Below are positions 63,099-64,000 of a stretch of 64,000 nt of DNA, piece after piece. The notes under the pieces are model-generated. The model was not told where the DNA came from. It did no database searches and was given only the letters and a program-made list of their open reading frames with translations. Position numbers and translations under genes: made by a program. This DNA comes from Alphaproteobacteria bacterium (GTDB lineage: Bacteria > Pseudomonadota > Alphaproteobacteria > SP197): positions 384,001 through 448,000 of the forward strand of contig OZ219917.1 of NCBI GenBank assembly GCA_964291415.2, written 5' to 3'. Position 1 is the stretch's first letter. Each line of letters opens with the position of its first letter.

Positions 63099-63911
63099 AT
63101 GACCGTGCGTGCAGGGATTTCAGGCTCATCGGGACGCATGGGCAGGATGCTCGTGCAGACGATCGGCGAACGCGACGACATCGTGGTGTCGGCGGCCAGC
63201 GAACATCCATCGAGCGACGCCATCGGCCGGGATGCCGGCGAGGTCGCCGGGGCCGGAACTCTCGGCGTCACCGTCGTCGACAGCGCCGAAGCCCTGTTTT
63301 CGTCCTGCGACGTCGTCATCGATTTCTCTTCGCCCGCGGCCACCGTTGCCCATGCCCGCGTGGCGGCAGCCACGGGCAAGGGACTCGTGGCGGGAACCAC
63401 CGGTCTCGATGCATCCGCGCGTGCGGTGATTGCCGAAGCGTCCCGCACGGCCGCGATCGTCAGCGCCGGAAACATGAGCCTCGGAGTCAACCTTCTCCTC
63501 GGCATCACCAGGAAAGTCGCCGCGGCCCTCGACGAGGATTTCGACATCGAGGTGGTCGAGACCCATCATCGTCACAAGGTGGACGCGCCTTCGGGAACGG
63601 CGCTGATGCTGGCCGAAGCCGCCGCGCAGGGGCGCGGTGTTACCCTCGACGAGGTCGCCGATCGGGGCCGCGACGGCATCACCGGAGCTCGCCGGCGCGG
63701 CGCCATCGGCATGTCGGCCATGAGGGGCGGCGATGTCGTCGGCGAACACCAGGTGATGTTTCTCGCCCCCGGCGAGCGCATCGAGATCGGCCACCGCGCC
63801 GGCGACCGGGTCATCTTCGCGCGCGGCGCCATCACGGCCGCCCGGTGGCTCTTCCAGCGTCCTGCCGGACTCTACGGCATGGAGGACGTTCTCGGCCTCA
63901 CCGGAGACTGA
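63099..63911 (+). CDS. dapB: 4-hydroxy-tetrahydrodipicolinate reductase
   Basis: GRMG, IDFS, GTTG, ETHHRHKVDAPSGTA. Confidence 0.96.
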   Translation: MTVRAGISGSSGRMGRMLVQTIGERDDIVVSAASEHPSSDAIGRDAGEVAGAGTLGVTVVDSAEALFSSCDVVIDFSSPAATVAHARVAAATGKGLVAGTTGLDASARAVIAEASRTAAIVSAGNMSLGVNLLLGITRKVAAALDEDFDIEVVETHHRHKVDAPSGTALMLAEAAAQGRGVTLDEVADRGRDGITGARRRGAIGMSAMRGGDVVGEHQVMFLAPGERIEIGHRAGDRVIFARGAITAARWLFQRPAGLYGMEDVLGLTGD

Positions 63912-64000
63912 CTCGCCGGCTGCACAAGGGGATCTCGCGTTGCGTGGGTCCGCGAGCGAGACGATGTGAGCCTGCGTATCGAGCACAGCGCTGACGCAGG

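Noticed and set aside
63912-64000. Small hairpins after dapB (CCTGCGT..ACGCAGG)
   Set aside because: Short stems at the window edge with no context to assign a function.

Overview
GC-rich alphaproteobacterial chromosome segment, probably Rhodospirillales-like, from the partitioning region. Core loci are mnmE-mnmG-rsmG-parA-parB with two perfect parS sites, chorismate mutase-hisC-tyrA, metX-metW, tRNA-Ser(GCT), maeB, phoR-pstSCAB-phoU-phoB, a four-subunit sarcosine oxidase/N-methylglutamate dehydrogenase-like operon, gshB, rph-rdgB-hemW and hrcA-grpE-dnaK-dnaJ-dapB. An accessory block at about 19.6-35.7 kb carries lipid/sterol-type enzymes and an MMPL + LolA-like + outer-membrane protein set, with decayed spacers between them. 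The most striking feature is a 1281-bp element (3806-5086) whose only gene is a TnpB with all catalytic residues present. It is bounded by imperfect 25-bp terminal inverted repeats and an 8-bp target-site duplication. That is DDE-type (IS1595-like) architecture, not IS200/IS605 architecture. It is inserted between the mnmE stop codon and a parS site, and the duplicated target includes the first 5 bp of parS. Two genes carry single-base frameshifts that may be assembly errors. All product calls come from motif recognition by eye; no database searches were run.
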